Part shown: positions 33,158 to 42,542 of the stretch, one piece after another
Layout: every line of letters starts with the position of its first letter
How positions within the stretch are numbered: position 1 is the first letter of the stretch
Assembly (NCBI GenBank): GCA_963740085.1
Contig: CAVUCU010000004.1
Coordinates: 32,001-96,000 of the forward strand
DNA length: 64,000 nucleotides
Direction of reading: 5' to 3'
From: Nitrospirota bacterium
GTDB taxonomy: Bacteria > Nitrospirota > UBA9217
The notes under the pieces: generated by a model
Database searches by the model: none
What the model was told of the DNA's origin: nothing
Seen by the model: only the letters and a program-made list of their open reading frames with translations
Program-made: the position numbers and the translations under genes

Positions 33158-33317
33158 GGGGATCACTTGCGGATCAAATTCTTCTCAAAATTTAAAGAAA
33201 TCTGCATACTTTTCACCACGGACTATCGGGATTGAAAAACACTGAGAACTAAATCTTCAATTTATTCCCGTGTTCATGAGTGTGCATTCGTGTAGACTTG
33301 AACGACCTGATCAGGAT

Positions 33318-33866
33318 TTACCATCCAAGGGCTTTTCTTGCCAACTCCACTAATCCGAAAACCTTCAGATCCACAAGCGTGCCGCTCATCTGTGCGGCGC
33401 GGAGATAGTCCTGTACCTTATGGATCGGGACCTCGGTCACTTCAATGATCTCGTTGTCGTCTCCGCCGTTCTTGCCCACATGGACAAGCTCCGTGCACAG
33501 ATAGGCCCGGAGCGCTTCGGTAGAGGCGCCTGTCGAGATCGGTCCTTCTGCGAGAAATTCTATTTTCCCCGCTGACCAGCCCGTTTCTTCGATCAATTCA
33601 CGATTCGCTGCTGCTTCCATGGCTTCGCCGGGCTCAACAAGTCCCGCGGGGAGTTCGATGACGTCCCGGCCCATCGGCGGACGGAACTGCTTTTCAAGAA
33701 TTACGTTACGGGAAGGAGTGACAGCGACCATGAGCACGATACCGCTGACGCCAACGCGCTCGAGGGCCTCCCAGGTGCGCACCGCCCCCCTGACATCGCG
33801 GTAGGTGATCTCCACCGCGCTCATAAAGTTGCCTTTCCAGACGGTTTTTTTGCTGATGATTTCCAT
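33318..33866 (-). CDS. NUDIX hydrolase (ADP-ribose pyrophosphatase-like)
   Basis: QFRPP, ELPAGLVEPGE....AANRELIEETG Nudix box. Confidence 0.92.
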   Translation of the reverse strand: MEIISKKTVWKGNFMSAVEITYRDVRGAVRTWEALERVGVSGIVLMVAVTPSRNVILEKQFRPPMGRDVIELPAGLVEPGEAMEAAANRELIEETGWSAGKIEFLAEGPISTGASTEALRAYLCTELVHVGKNGGDDNEIIEVTEVPIHKVQDYLRAAQMSGTLVDLKVFGLVELARKALGW

Positions 33867-33874
33867 AGGTGAGG

Positions 33875-33962
33875 ACAGTAGTCAGGCGTCAGTAGTCAGT
33901 AGCCGGCATAAAGGATTCTGAATCAACATGCTGGATTCCGGCTCCTGGCTGCTGTCTCCTGG
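33875..33962. repeat. Heptamer-repeat hairpin
   Basis: CAGTAGTCAGGCGTCAGTAGTCAGTAGCC / CCGGCTCCTGGCTGCTGTCTCCTG. Confidence 0.75.
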
Positions 33963-33966
33963 AGCT

Positions 33967-34578
33967 TCATAGCCACTTCTTCAAATCCAGCGTCAGGGCC
34001 GCAGGTATGATGGTGTCTACTTCGCGGTACCGTTTTCGGCCTGCTTTTACAAACATGGCCTTCTGCAATTTCTTTTCTTCCTCATAGTGATCAAAGATAG
34101 GGAAATCGGCTTCAGGAATGTCTTTTGTAAAAAGCCCGCAGCCTTCGAGGTGTACCGCGCGGCGCGGGCCGCGGATTGTGGGGCCAAAGATTCGGCAGAT
34201 GTGCGGTCGCTGGTTATAAATCATGCATGCGCCGTTCTCGAGCGCCGGGCAGGACATCTTTGCCGATCTGCGGGAGATCGAGTCGATGGCGGGCAGCGTT
34301 TTGAGCAAGGGATCTTTGCGGGAAAAGGCTTTTTTCTTTTCCAGGATATCGATCTGTTCATTTGCTCTTGCGATGACCCTTTCCCTGACGGGAGCGGAGA
34401 GTTGTTTCAAGGCATTGCGCAGATAGATCGCGTCGAGCAGTGTGATGTCGAAGAATCCGACAGAACAGCACTCATGGCACCCTTGTTTGCAGCCGACACC
34501 GTGTTTTGATGCAGCCTTGGTGAAGACGGTATTTGATCGTTCGAGGAACTGGCCGTACTTTTTGATTATTCGGTTCAT
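33967..34578 (-). CDS. YkgJ-family cysteine cluster protein
   Basis: CKQGCHECC, CPAL...C.IY..RP.ICR. Confidence 0.85.
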   Translation of the reverse strand: MNRIIKKYGQFLERSNTVFTKAASKHGVGCKQGCHECCSVGFFDITLLDAIYLRNALKQLSAPVRERVIARANEQIDILEKKKAFSRKDPLLKTLPAIDSISRRSAKMSCPALENGACMIYNQRPHICRIFGPTIRGPRRAVHLEGCGLFTKDIPEADFPIFDHYEEEKKLQKAMFVKAGRKRYREVDTIIPAALTLDLKKWL

Positions 34579-34610
34579 TACACAATGCCTTTCTGTAAAG
34601 AGTGTTGTGG

Positions 34611-34640
34611 ATTATACGGGCTTGACAGGCCATTTGTCAA
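34611..34640 (-). promoter_or_regulatory. sigma70 promoter for ykgJ-nudix
   Basis: Minus strand TTGACA-18-TATAAT; overlaps palindrome TTGACA-N7-TGTCAA. Confidence 0.6.
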
Positions 34641-34819
34641 TATGAAGCGTAATGTCGGGGAGAGGCAGAGGTGTGCGGGACTTACAAACGAACTTATCTG
34701 CCAGATTACTGAGTGATCAAATCTTCCCAAAGGGCAGGAGACGCCGTTGATTCGGTCTTTTCTGTTCCGGCTTGCCCGGGTTAGGTAAAGACCGGAAAGG
34801 TTCTGAGGGTGTCTCGAGG

Positions 34820-35638
34820 CTACTTTTGCATTCTCTGTCTCATTGCTTCATACAGGACCACTGCGGAGGCGGTTGCCACATTCAACGAGTCGATTGTTTC
34901 CGCCATGGGAATGCGAACGCGAAAATCGACTTCGGCCATGATATCCGGTGGCAGTCCAGCGCCTTCCTGGCCTAAAATAATCGCAGTCGGTTTTTTAAGG
35001 TCGAGATCAAAGTGGGACTTTTCACCGGTCACGACGGTGGCGACGGTTTGAAAAGCCCTCTGCTTGCAGAGCTTCAAGAATGCGCTCGTGTTCGCGACGC
35101 GCACCACGGGAAGCCGGAGGAGACTGCCCATTGATGCCCTTATTGCCTTGGCGCTGTAGGGATCAACGGTATTGGGCGCCAGCACGATGCCGGCCGCGCC
35201 CACAGCCTCGACCGTTCTGATGATAGTGCCAAGGTTGCCCGGGTCCTGTAGCTGATGGCAGATGATAATGAGCTTTGAGGCATGATCGAAAAGCTCATCA
35301 TCGCGATGCTCCTTCATCTTAACAACCGCCATCACCGGTTGAGGGGTTTTACTCTCCGATATTCCGTCGATCAGATTGTCCGAGATCCAGAGAATATCGA
35401 TCGATCTGGTTTCCGCCAGCTTGATCACACCCTTGCCATGATGTTGAACAAGAGCTGGCGAGGCCACGACCGTGGTAACGCCGACCTTGTCCCGAAGCGC
35501 CTCTTCGACCATTTTAACGCCTTCGATCAAAAAGACCTGTTCCTTTTTCCGGAGTTTCGGGTCGGACAGGGAGCGCAAGTGTTTTATAATGCTGTTGTCT
35601 TTGCTCGTGATCGGCTTATGAGGGCTGGATTGCTGCAT
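34820..35638 (-). CDS. TrmH/SpoU-family RNA 2'-O-methyltransferase
   Basis: QDPGNLGTIIRT, K.IRASMG, LGQEGAGL, IPM....SLNVATA; start set at MQQSS. Confidence 0.92.
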   Translation of the reverse strand: MQQSSPHKPITSKDNSIIKHLRSLSDPKLRKKEQVFLIEGVKMVEEALRDKVGVTTVVASPALVQHHGKGVIKLAETRSIDILWISDNLIDGISESKTPQPVMAVVKMKEHRDDELFDHASKLIIICHQLQDPGNLGTIIRTVEAVGAAGIVLAPNTVDPYSAKAIRASMGSLLRLPVVRVANTSAFLKLCKQRAFQTVATVVTGEKSHFDLDLKKPTAIILGQEGAGLPPDIMAEVDFRVRIPMAETIDSLNVATASAVVLYEAMRQRMQK

Positions 35639-35825
35639 GAAAGGGAGTATAACATAGGTCGGCCTATGGCCACAACCAAAGATAAAATCTTTGACACGGG
35701 AAAAATCTGATAAAGACAATGATAACAGCGGATCAAGCAAGGCATTATCATGGTTCTTCATAATGCAATCCGCTTTTATCCATGTCAAAGGTTCTCTTTT
35801 TCCTGCTTCCGCAAGGGAACTGTCG

Positions 35826-36098
35826 TCATATTTTCATCGTTCGAAACGCTTCCTGATACTGCCGCTCCAGTTCCTGCCATCTCTTAAGTGAATCGTAACT
35901 GCTCTGCCAGGCATCATAGTCTTCTTTATATTCAGGGTGGTCCTTCAATTTATTGTCCAGGAGTTCCTGAATAAAAACCTCGGTGGTCTTGTTATGCTTC
36001 CGCTCCAGGATGCCGAGGGACTTTTGGATTCTCTGCATGGTATTTTTACATAGGTTCAGTTCCCGGGCAAGGGATATCTCATATTCATCGTATGGCAC
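35826..36098 (-). CDS. Hypothetical protein (90 aa, helical)
   Basis: GGAGGAG SD then GTG; PYDEYEISLAREL... Confidence 0.6.
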   Translation of the reverse strand: MPYDEYEISLARELNLCKNTMQRIQKSLGILERKHNKTTEVFIQELLDNKLKDHPEYKEDYDAWQSSYDSLKRWQELERQYQEAFRTMKI

Positions 36099-36355
36099 GA
36101 TTCTCCTCCAACTCTTGATTAAAATTGCTTTCCACAGGTTTTCACCGAGGGACGCACACGGAGATATACAACGCAAAGAAACTTCTCAGGGAGATAGATA
36201 CTTTTATCTTCCCCGCGGTGTTCTACAGCCTTTCTGCCGCGATTGCCCGGTTGTTTCGGTATTCGTCATTTTATCATCCGTGGCAAATACCCACAGCGGT
36301 CACTCGCGAACTGATTAAAATTAGTTCAATTGTCTGCAAAAAACAAGAAAATAAT

Positions 36356-36388
36356 ATACTTGACAAAATTAGTCAAGTTTGTTATGTT
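36356..36388 (+). promoter_or_regulatory. Promoter overlapped by IscR/Rrf2-type operator
   Basis: ACTTGAC-N7-GTCAAGT palindrome (36358-36378) covering TTGACA-17-TATGTT; similar imperfect site at 36308-36327. Confidence 0.75.
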
Positions 36389-36462
36389 TTTAGTGAATGA
36401 TAGTGAAGACGGAATCAGTCCTCTTTGATGAGGGGATGAGCCTTCACCGGTAAATATAAAGT

Positions 36463-36936
36463 ATGAAACTGTCAACAAAAGGTAAATATGGCGTCCGGGC
36501 CGTGTTTGAGATCGCAAGGCACTACGGCAAAGGACCTATTTCGATCAAGGAGATCGCAGAGCGGCAGGGAATTTCGTTCTCCTACCTCGAACAGATCCTG
36601 CATAAGCTCGGCAAGGCCGGATTGATCGAGAGCGTTCGCGGTCCCGCAGGGGGGTATTTACTTGCGCGCAAACCATTGGAACTGACGATAGGCGACATTG
36701 TGCGCGTGTTGGAGGGGCCGATAGCCCTTTCTCATTGTCTGGAGCCGGGAGAAGAGGCTGATTGCTGCCAGACCGATGACTGCGTGGCCAGAATGGTCTG
36801 GGCCAAGGTTGGCGCAAAAATTGAGGAAGCGCTCGACAGCATCAGCTTTCATGATCTCTTGCAGCAGCATCAAAAAGAACCGCTTCTCCTCAAGCCGAGG
36901 AGAAAAACGGTTTTGGCGGGAAAGGGGGCATGTTGA
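36463..36936 (+). CDS. iscR: Rrf2-family regulator (IscR-like, Cys-containing)
   Basis: MKLSTKGKYG, SYLEQI..KL, S.RGPAGGY; C-x8-CC-x4-C; heads iscS-iscU. Confidence 0.85.
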   Translation: MKLSTKGKYGVRAVFEIARHYGKGPISIKEIAERQGISFSYLEQILHKLGKAGLIESVRGPAGGYLLARKPLELTIGDIVRVLEGPIALSHCLEPGEEADCCQTDDCVARMVWAKVGAKIEEALDSISFHDLLQQHQKEPLLLKPRRKTVLAGKGAC

Positions 36937-36937
36937 T

Positions 36938-38122
36938 ATGAGAAAGGTTTATCTTGACCACGCGGCCACAACGCCGGTCCACCCGAAAGTTCTGGAGGCC
37001 ATGCTCCCCTATTTTTCGGCAAAGTTCGGCAATCCTTCCAACCTGCACGACGTCGGCAGAGAGGCGAAGAATGCGGTAGAAGAGGCGAGGGCCAAAACGG
37101 GGACGCTTATCGGGGCCAGGGCCGATGAAATATTCTTTACCGCGAGCGGCGCCGAGTCGAACAATTTTGCGATCAAAGGCCTGGCACAGGCGAACAGCCA
37201 GAAAGGCAAACATATTATCGTATCGCAAATAGAGCATTTTTCCGTTCTTCATCCGGCGAAAACGCTCGAGAAATCAGGCTTCACGGTCACCTATCTGCCG
37301 ACGGACAAACAGGGGCTCGTGAGCCCCGATGATGTAGCCAATGCGATCACCAAGGAGACGATTCTTGTCTCGATCATGCACGCGAACAACGAGATCGGCA
37401 CCATAGAACCGATCGAAGAGATAGGCAGGATCACCAAGGAACGGGGCGTACTGCTCCACACCGACGCGGTTGCGACAACCGGATGGATCCCGGTGGATGT
37501 AAGGACCCTGGGCGTTGATGCCCTTTCGTTCTCTGGCCACCAGTTCTACGGACCCAAGGGAGCGGCCGGGCTCTTTGTGCGCAAGGGCGTCAGGATAAAA
37601 CCGCTGATTGAAGGCGGTATTCAGGAGGACGGGAGGCGTGCGGGCACCGAGAATGTGCCCGCCATCGTGGGTCTGGGCAAGGCATCGGAGATCGCCGCGG
37701 CAGAGATCACCAGCCGGATGAGATATCTTGCCCCGCTCAGGGACCGTCTCCAGAAGGGACTCAGTGAAAAGATCGACCACCTGGTGATCAACGGCCATCC
37801 AACGAAAAGACTGCCGACTAACCTGAACATCTCACTGTGGTATGTGGAAGGCGAGTCTATGCTCCTGTTCCTGAATATGCAGGGGATCTCGGTATCGAGC
37901 GGATCGGCATGCACCTCACGTTCGCTCAAGTCGTCGCATGTGCTCACTTGTATCGGCACGGACGCTGCCGTCGCGAACGGGACACTGCTGATGTCGCTGG
38001 GGATGGGGAACACGGCGGAAGACATCGACTACGTGATAGAAACACTTCCCCCCATTGTTCACCGTCTGCGGGAGATGTCACCGCTCTATGAGGACATGAT
38101 AAAAAAAGAGAAAGGAAAATGA
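36938..38122 (+). CDS. iscS: Cysteine desulfurase (IscS/NifS)
   Basis: YLDHAATTP, FGNPS, ANNEIGT, RAGTEN, SSGSAC; the PLP-lysine motif reads SGHQFYGPKG rather than SGHK. Confidence 0.92.
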   Translation: MRKVYLDHAATTPVHPKVLEAMLPYFSAKFGNPSNLHDVGREAKNAVEEARAKTGTLIGARADEIFFTASGAESNNFAIKGLAQANSQKGKHIIVSQIEHFSVLHPAKTLEKSGFTVTYLPTDKQGLVSPDDVANAITKETILVSIMHANNEIGTIEPIEEIGRITKERGVLLHTDAVATTGWIPVDVRTLGVDALSFSGHQFYGPKGAAGLFVRKGVRIKPLIEGGIQEDGRRAGTENVPAIVGLGKASEIAAAEITSRMRYLAPLRDRLQKGLSEKIDHLVINGHPTKRLPTNLNISLWYVEGESMLLFLNMQGISVSSGSACTSRSLKSSHVLTCIGTDAAVANGTLLMSLGMGNTAEDIDYVIETLPPIVHRLREMSPLYEDMIKKEKGK

Positions 38123-38132
38123 GGAGGATATT

Positions 38133-38561
38133 ATGGAACAGTACAGCTCAAAAGTGATGGAACATTTCGCCCAGCCGCATAACGTGGGCGAGATCGAGAA
38201 CGCCGACGGTGTCGGCACGGTGGGAAATCCGGTGTGCGGCGACGTGATGCGTCTTTACATCAAGGTGGAGAACAACATCATCACGGACGCAAAGTTCAAG
38301 ACCTTCGGGTGCGGCGCGGCGATCGCCACAAGCAGCATGGTGACGGACCTGGTGAAGGGAAAGAGCATCGACGAGGCGCTCAAAATATCCAATGCTGCCG
38401 TGGCTGAAGCACTCGGCGGTCTGCCGAAGGTGAAAATGCACTGCTCGGTGCTGGCCGAGGAGGCGCTGAAGTCCGCCCTCGACGATTACTATAAGAAGCA
38501 GGGCAAGCCGTCACCCGTTAAGATATCCCCTGACGCGGGACATGAAAACGAGATGGAGTGA
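38133..38561 (+). CDS. iscU: Fe-S cluster scaffold IscU/NifU-N
   Basis: GNPVCGD, FGCGAAIA, KMHCS. Confidence 0.95.
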   Translation: MEQYSSKVMEHFAQPHNVGEIENADGVGTVGNPVCGDVMRLYIKVENNIITDAKFKTFGCGAAIATSSMVTDLVKGKSIDEALKISNAAVAEALGGLPKVKMHCSVLAEEALKSALDDYYKKQGKPSPVKISPDAGHENEME

Positions 38562-38640
38562 TGCAATTGCGGATTGCGTGAAAAGAACCAGCATTAATCT
38601 GCGTTCATTCGTGTGAATCCGCTTCCGAGAGAGTGACTCT

Positions 38641-38883
38641 ATGGACGTAAAGGACATTAAACCTGATGAAATTCTGGACTGCGTGAACTTGGCCTGTCCC
38701 ATGCCGATCTTCAAGGCATCAGGTAAGATCAAGGAAATGAAGCAGGGCCAGGTTCTTGAAGTTCAGTCCGACGACGAGGGCATTGAAAAGGACATGCCTG
38801 CGTGGTGCGAGATGACCGGCAACGAATACATCGGCCTGATCAAGGAAAACGGCGAATATCGCGTATATGTTCGGAAGAAGTAG
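38641..38883 (+). CDS. Sulfurtransferase TusA family
   Basis: LDC..LACPMP, D...D.PAWC..TG. Confidence 0.9.
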   Translation: MDVKDIKPDEILDCVNLACPMPIFKASGKIKEMKQGQVLEVQSDDEGIEKDMPAWCEMTGNEYIGLIKENGEYRVYVRKK

Positions 38884-39215
38884 CCTCCTTATCCTATGAC
38901 GGCCATACCGGCGCGGGCGATCCCGCTTTGCCCCTGGCGGTGTTTCGGAACACATTATCACTCTATTTGCATCACGAGTATTCTTTGCGGGTCAATGAGC
39001 TCGTCCAACTGGAGAACATTGAGGAGGGGATGACGATCAGTTGCAACTCGGGTGAAGCAATTGACCCGCGGCACGTGAAGCGTAAACGCCAGAAACGCCT
39101 TTTCAACCAATTCGCGCAAGAGCTCATCGAGACCGCTTTCCCGCCTAAAAACGAATCTGCGCCAGGAACAAGCATGAAATTCCGTTGCCTGCGCACCCTG
39201 CTTCCTGCTTTCCGT

Positions 39216-39244
39216 TTGACAATACCTGGACGATAGTTTATTAT
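39216..39244 (+). promoter_or_regulatory. sigma70 promoter
   Basis: TTGACA-17-TATTAT. Confidence 0.7.
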
Positions 39245-39269
39245 CAAAACGCATACGAAAGGGGCTTTG

Positions 39270-40334
39270 ATGCAGACAATAGCATCGCTAAAAGAAGGCG
39301 ACTGGGTCGAGGATATCTACCTCGTCACCTCGAAACAGATCTCGACGGCGAAGAACGGCGTGACGTATCTGTCGCTGAAACTGGCCGACAAGACCGGAGA
39401 GATCGATGGCAGGCTGTGGGATAATGCCGATGAAGTCTCCGGGAAGTTCGAGCGTGAGGATTTTGTCCGAATCAGGGGGATGGCCTCGGTGTATCAGGGC
39501 TCGATGCAGATCAAGATGAAGACGCTTGAAAAGGTGGATGACTCCAGGGTGGATGTTGCGAGCTTTCTCGAGACATCTCCACGAAACATAGATGACATGG
39601 TGAAGGAGCTGCGGACCGTTGCGGCTGCACTTCCCAATGGCTATCTCCGGCAGCTCATGAATGCCTTTCTTGACGATGCCTCCTTTATGACCTTGTTCAA
39701 AAGAACGCCTGCCGCAAAAACGCTGCATCATAATTATATCGGCGGGTTGCTTGAGCACATCGTCGAACTTGTTGCGCTTGCCCGCGATGTGGCAAAGCAC
39801 TTTCCCTCAGTGGACCTTGACCTGCTGACCGTGGGTGCCTTCCTTCACGACATCGGCAAGGTGAAAGAACTTGCGGTCAGAAAATCCATCGAGTATACGA
39901 CCGAAGGGCGGCTCATCGGGCACATCTCTTTGGGGTATGAGATGCTCGTTGAGAAGGTAAACGCAATCCCGTCCTTCCCCGCCGAACTGACCCTGCTGTT
40001 GAAGCACATCATGCTCTCTCATCACGGCGAATACGAGTTTGGCTCTCCGAAGAGGCCTAAGATCCAGGAGGCGATCATCATCAACTACCTGGATGACCTT
40101 GCGGCCAAGATCAACAACTTCCAGTCGACGATCAAAAAAGAGAAAGTGGCCGAAGGCGCATGGACAAGCTACAGTAAAATGCATGACCGGTATCTCTACC
40201 ATGCCAGGAGTGTGCTCTCTTCCGCTTCGGGAGAAGGGCCTGAAGACACTGAAGAAAATAAAAAGCACGGGGGCAGGAAGGCGGCCCCGGGCGGGGAAGT
40301 GGATGTGTGCGGCAAACTGCCGCTCGATATTTAG
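39270..40334 (+). CDS. 3'-5' exoribonuclease YhaM/Cbf1-like (OB fold + HD)
   Basis: L.DKTGEI..RLWD, PAAK.LHH...GGLLEH, LHDIGK, SHHG..EFGSP. Confidence 0.9.
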   Translation: MQTIASLKEGDWVEDIYLVTSKQISTAKNGVTYLSLKLADKTGEIDGRLWDNADEVSGKFEREDFVRIRGMASVYQGSMQIKMKTLEKVDDSRVDVASFLETSPRNIDDMVKELRTVAAALPNGYLRQLMNAFLDDASFMTLFKRTPAAKTLHHNYIGGLLEHIVELVALARDVAKHFPSVDLDLLTVGAFLHDIGKVKELAVRKSIEYTTEGRLIGHISLGYEMLVEKVNAIPSFPAELTLLLKHIMLSHHGEYEFGSPKRPKIQEAIIINYLDDLAAKINNFQSTIKKEKVAEGAWTSYSKMHDRYLYHARSVLSSASGEGPEDTEENKKHGGRKAAPGGEVDVCGKLPLDI

Positions 40335-40475
40335 AAACAAGCACGAAATACGAATATCTAAATCCGAAACAATGTCAAAATTCAGATGAACCAATACACT
40401 TGTTTAATTCATTTGAGCTTATAATTTATTTAGGAGTTAGTGCTTCACTATTAGGATTTGCTTTGAGGGGTTCTT

Positions 40476-41381
40476 ATGTTCGGTGTTCTCCGCAGTTTGC
40501 GTGACGGGCTTGCTAAGACCAGAAAAAACTTTACGGACAAGGTCGGTTCACTGATCCTGGGCGAGAAGATCGGCGAATCGTTCCTCGACGAACTCGAGGA
40601 GGCGCTTATCGCTTCGGATGTCGGCGTCGAGACTGCGTCATTCGTCCTCAAGGACCTGAGGGAACGGTTCAAGCGCAATGAACTGTCTTCTCCCGAACAG
40701 GTAAAGGACCGGCTCAGGCAGATACTGTTTGAGATCCTCTCTGCACGGTCTCCGATATTTTCCCTTACCGCATCTCCGTCGGCGGTGCTCGTCGTTGGCG
40801 TGAACGGCACGGGCAAGACCACTACCATCGGCAAACTGGCGAACCGGCTTCAGGCAGAGGGAAAGAAAGTGATGCTTGCGGCGGCAGATACCTTCCGTGC
40901 GGCGGCATCGGAGCAGCTGTCGATATGGGGGGAGCGCGCGGGAATACCGGTAATCAAACACAAGGAAGGCGCCGACCCCAGCGCGGTGGTATTCGACGCC
41001 GTCTCGGCGGCAAAGGCCCGGGCAGTGGATGTGCTCATCGTGGATACGGCCGGAAGGCTGCACACGAAATCGAACCTCATGGAAGAACTCAAAAAAGTGC
41101 GCCGCATTCTGTCTCGCGAACTGCCGGGCGCGCCGCATGAAACCCTGCTCGTCCTCGACGGGAACACCGGTCAGAACGCACTGGTTCAGGCAAAGATGTT
41201 TCATGAGACGGTGGGCGTCACCGGCATCGTGCTCACGAAGCTGGACGGCACGTCCAAGGGCGGTATCGTCTTCGCCATTTATAAGGAGCTGTTGATCCCG
41301 GTAAAGTTTGTGGGCATTGGCGAGACCATTGAAGACCTGAAGAGCTTTGATCCAAGGGAGTTCGTGGATGCGCTCTTGTGA
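40476..41381 (+). CDS. ftsY: SRP receptor FtsY (NG domain only)
   Basis: GVNGTGKTTT, DTFRAAA, DTAGR, TKLDG. Confidence 0.97.
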   Translation: MFGVLRSLRDGLAKTRKNFTDKVGSLILGEKIGESFLDELEEALIASDVGVETASFVLKDLRERFKRNELSSPEQVKDRLRQILFEILSARSPIFSLTASPSAVLVVGVNGTGKTTTIGKLANRLQAEGKKVMLAAADTFRAAASEQLSIWGERAGIPVIKHKEGADPSAVVFDAVSAAKARAVDVLIVDTAGRLHTKSNLMEELKKVRRILSRELPGAPHETLLVLDGNTGQNALVQAKMFHETVGVTGIVLTKLDGTSKGGIVFAIYKELLIPVKFVGIGETIEDLKSFDPREFVDALL

Positions 41382-41471
41382 ACAGCGCAGAGGGCAGAGA
41401 GCATAGAGCGTTGTGCAAAGAATTTAACCCTCTGCGTTTAGCCGTATGCGCGGCTCAAATTTCGGAGAACT

Positions 41472-41744
41472 ATGGAACGCGTGCAGGTAGAGATATTCGG
41501 TCAGATGTACAGCATCAAGGGCAAGGACGATCCCGCCTATATCCAGGAACTGGCCGCGTTCATTGATGCTAAGATGAAGGAAATACAGAAAGGGACGGGT
41601 ACGGTCGATCCTCACCGGGTGGCCATCCTGATGGCGCTTACGATTACCGATGAGCTTTACCGTTTGCGCAAGCGATATGGAATCCTTGAACAAACATCTG
41701 AGAATGTCGCCAGTCGACTGCTTGATCTTACAGAAAACCCCTGA
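41472..41744 (+). CDS. zapA: Cell division protein ZapA
   Basis: V.IFGQ.Y.I......YIQELA..ID.KM, RVAILMAL.I.DEL. Confidence 0.9.
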   Translation: MERVQVEIFGQMYSIKGKDDPAYIQELAAFIDAKMKEIQKGTGTVDPHRVAILMALTITDELYRLRKRYGILEQTSENVASRLLDLTENP

Positions 41745-41911
41745 GAAACAGCGGCCAAACCGTGCTTGTTCCGAATAGCCTGTGAGGGAACGCGGCAATA
41801 TCATCATGTATCCGGTTGAAATACAATAAATTTAATGCGCCCCGGTGACAGGGCGCACCCCATTTTCCTCTTGCCATTTTCAGCTGGTTCTGGTATATAA
41901 TAGTATAAATA

Positions 41912-42098
41912 AAAAATGTCCCCTGCTTTGCCCGTGATGATGTAACTTGTTCCTCGTGAACAAAAAATTACGGGAGCTGTCACTGAAAAGGGTGTGCATG
42001 CCCAGATTGGACTGGGAAGCCTAAACTTTTAGACATGGCGCCCACCTGGTTAATCCAGGAATCAAGTTTATCCACACGGCAAAAGCGGGGGATTTTTT
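41912..42098 (+). ncRNA. ssrS: 6S RNA
   Basis: About 185 nt after zapA; closing stem TCCCCTGCTTTGCCCGTG / CACGGCAAAAGCGGGGGA; internal GGGAGC and CCCACCT motifs; TATAAT upstream. Confidence 0.85.
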
Positions 42099-42542
42099 AA
42101 TATTTTGATTCAATAATAACGGTTTCATAATCACACGAACGCGTAGTCAGCGCGAATTCGAAAGGGGCGGGTAGTTCAGGCTCCGGCGCTTGTGATAGTG
42201 CTCAAGAAACAGCGGTTTACTGAGACGTTTTCAACGACACGAACCTAATAAACGAGTGTTCTCAGTTCCGCGACCAGATTGTTTTACCGGCATGGTAACA
42301 TAACGAGACTATGGGGATTTTTATGCATACATATATTCACCGAGAGGAAACACCAGGGAGAGATGTTCCGGAGACATTGCGCGCGAAGGTCGTTCACCAG
42401 ATGCGGTTTGCGCAATCTCCTGGAAAATCGGCAACATCCCGGATCTCCGCTCAAGTCCCCGGTCCCCTGTTGTCCTGATCTGGATCAATCCGGCCCCCTC
42501 ACTATTACAGGTCCCGTGTAAGCCCCCCCGCAGTTAAGAACG

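Noticed and set aside
38890-39236. Open frames on both strands between tusA and yhaM
   Set aside because: No credible start or motif; possibly an eroded gene but unassignable by eye
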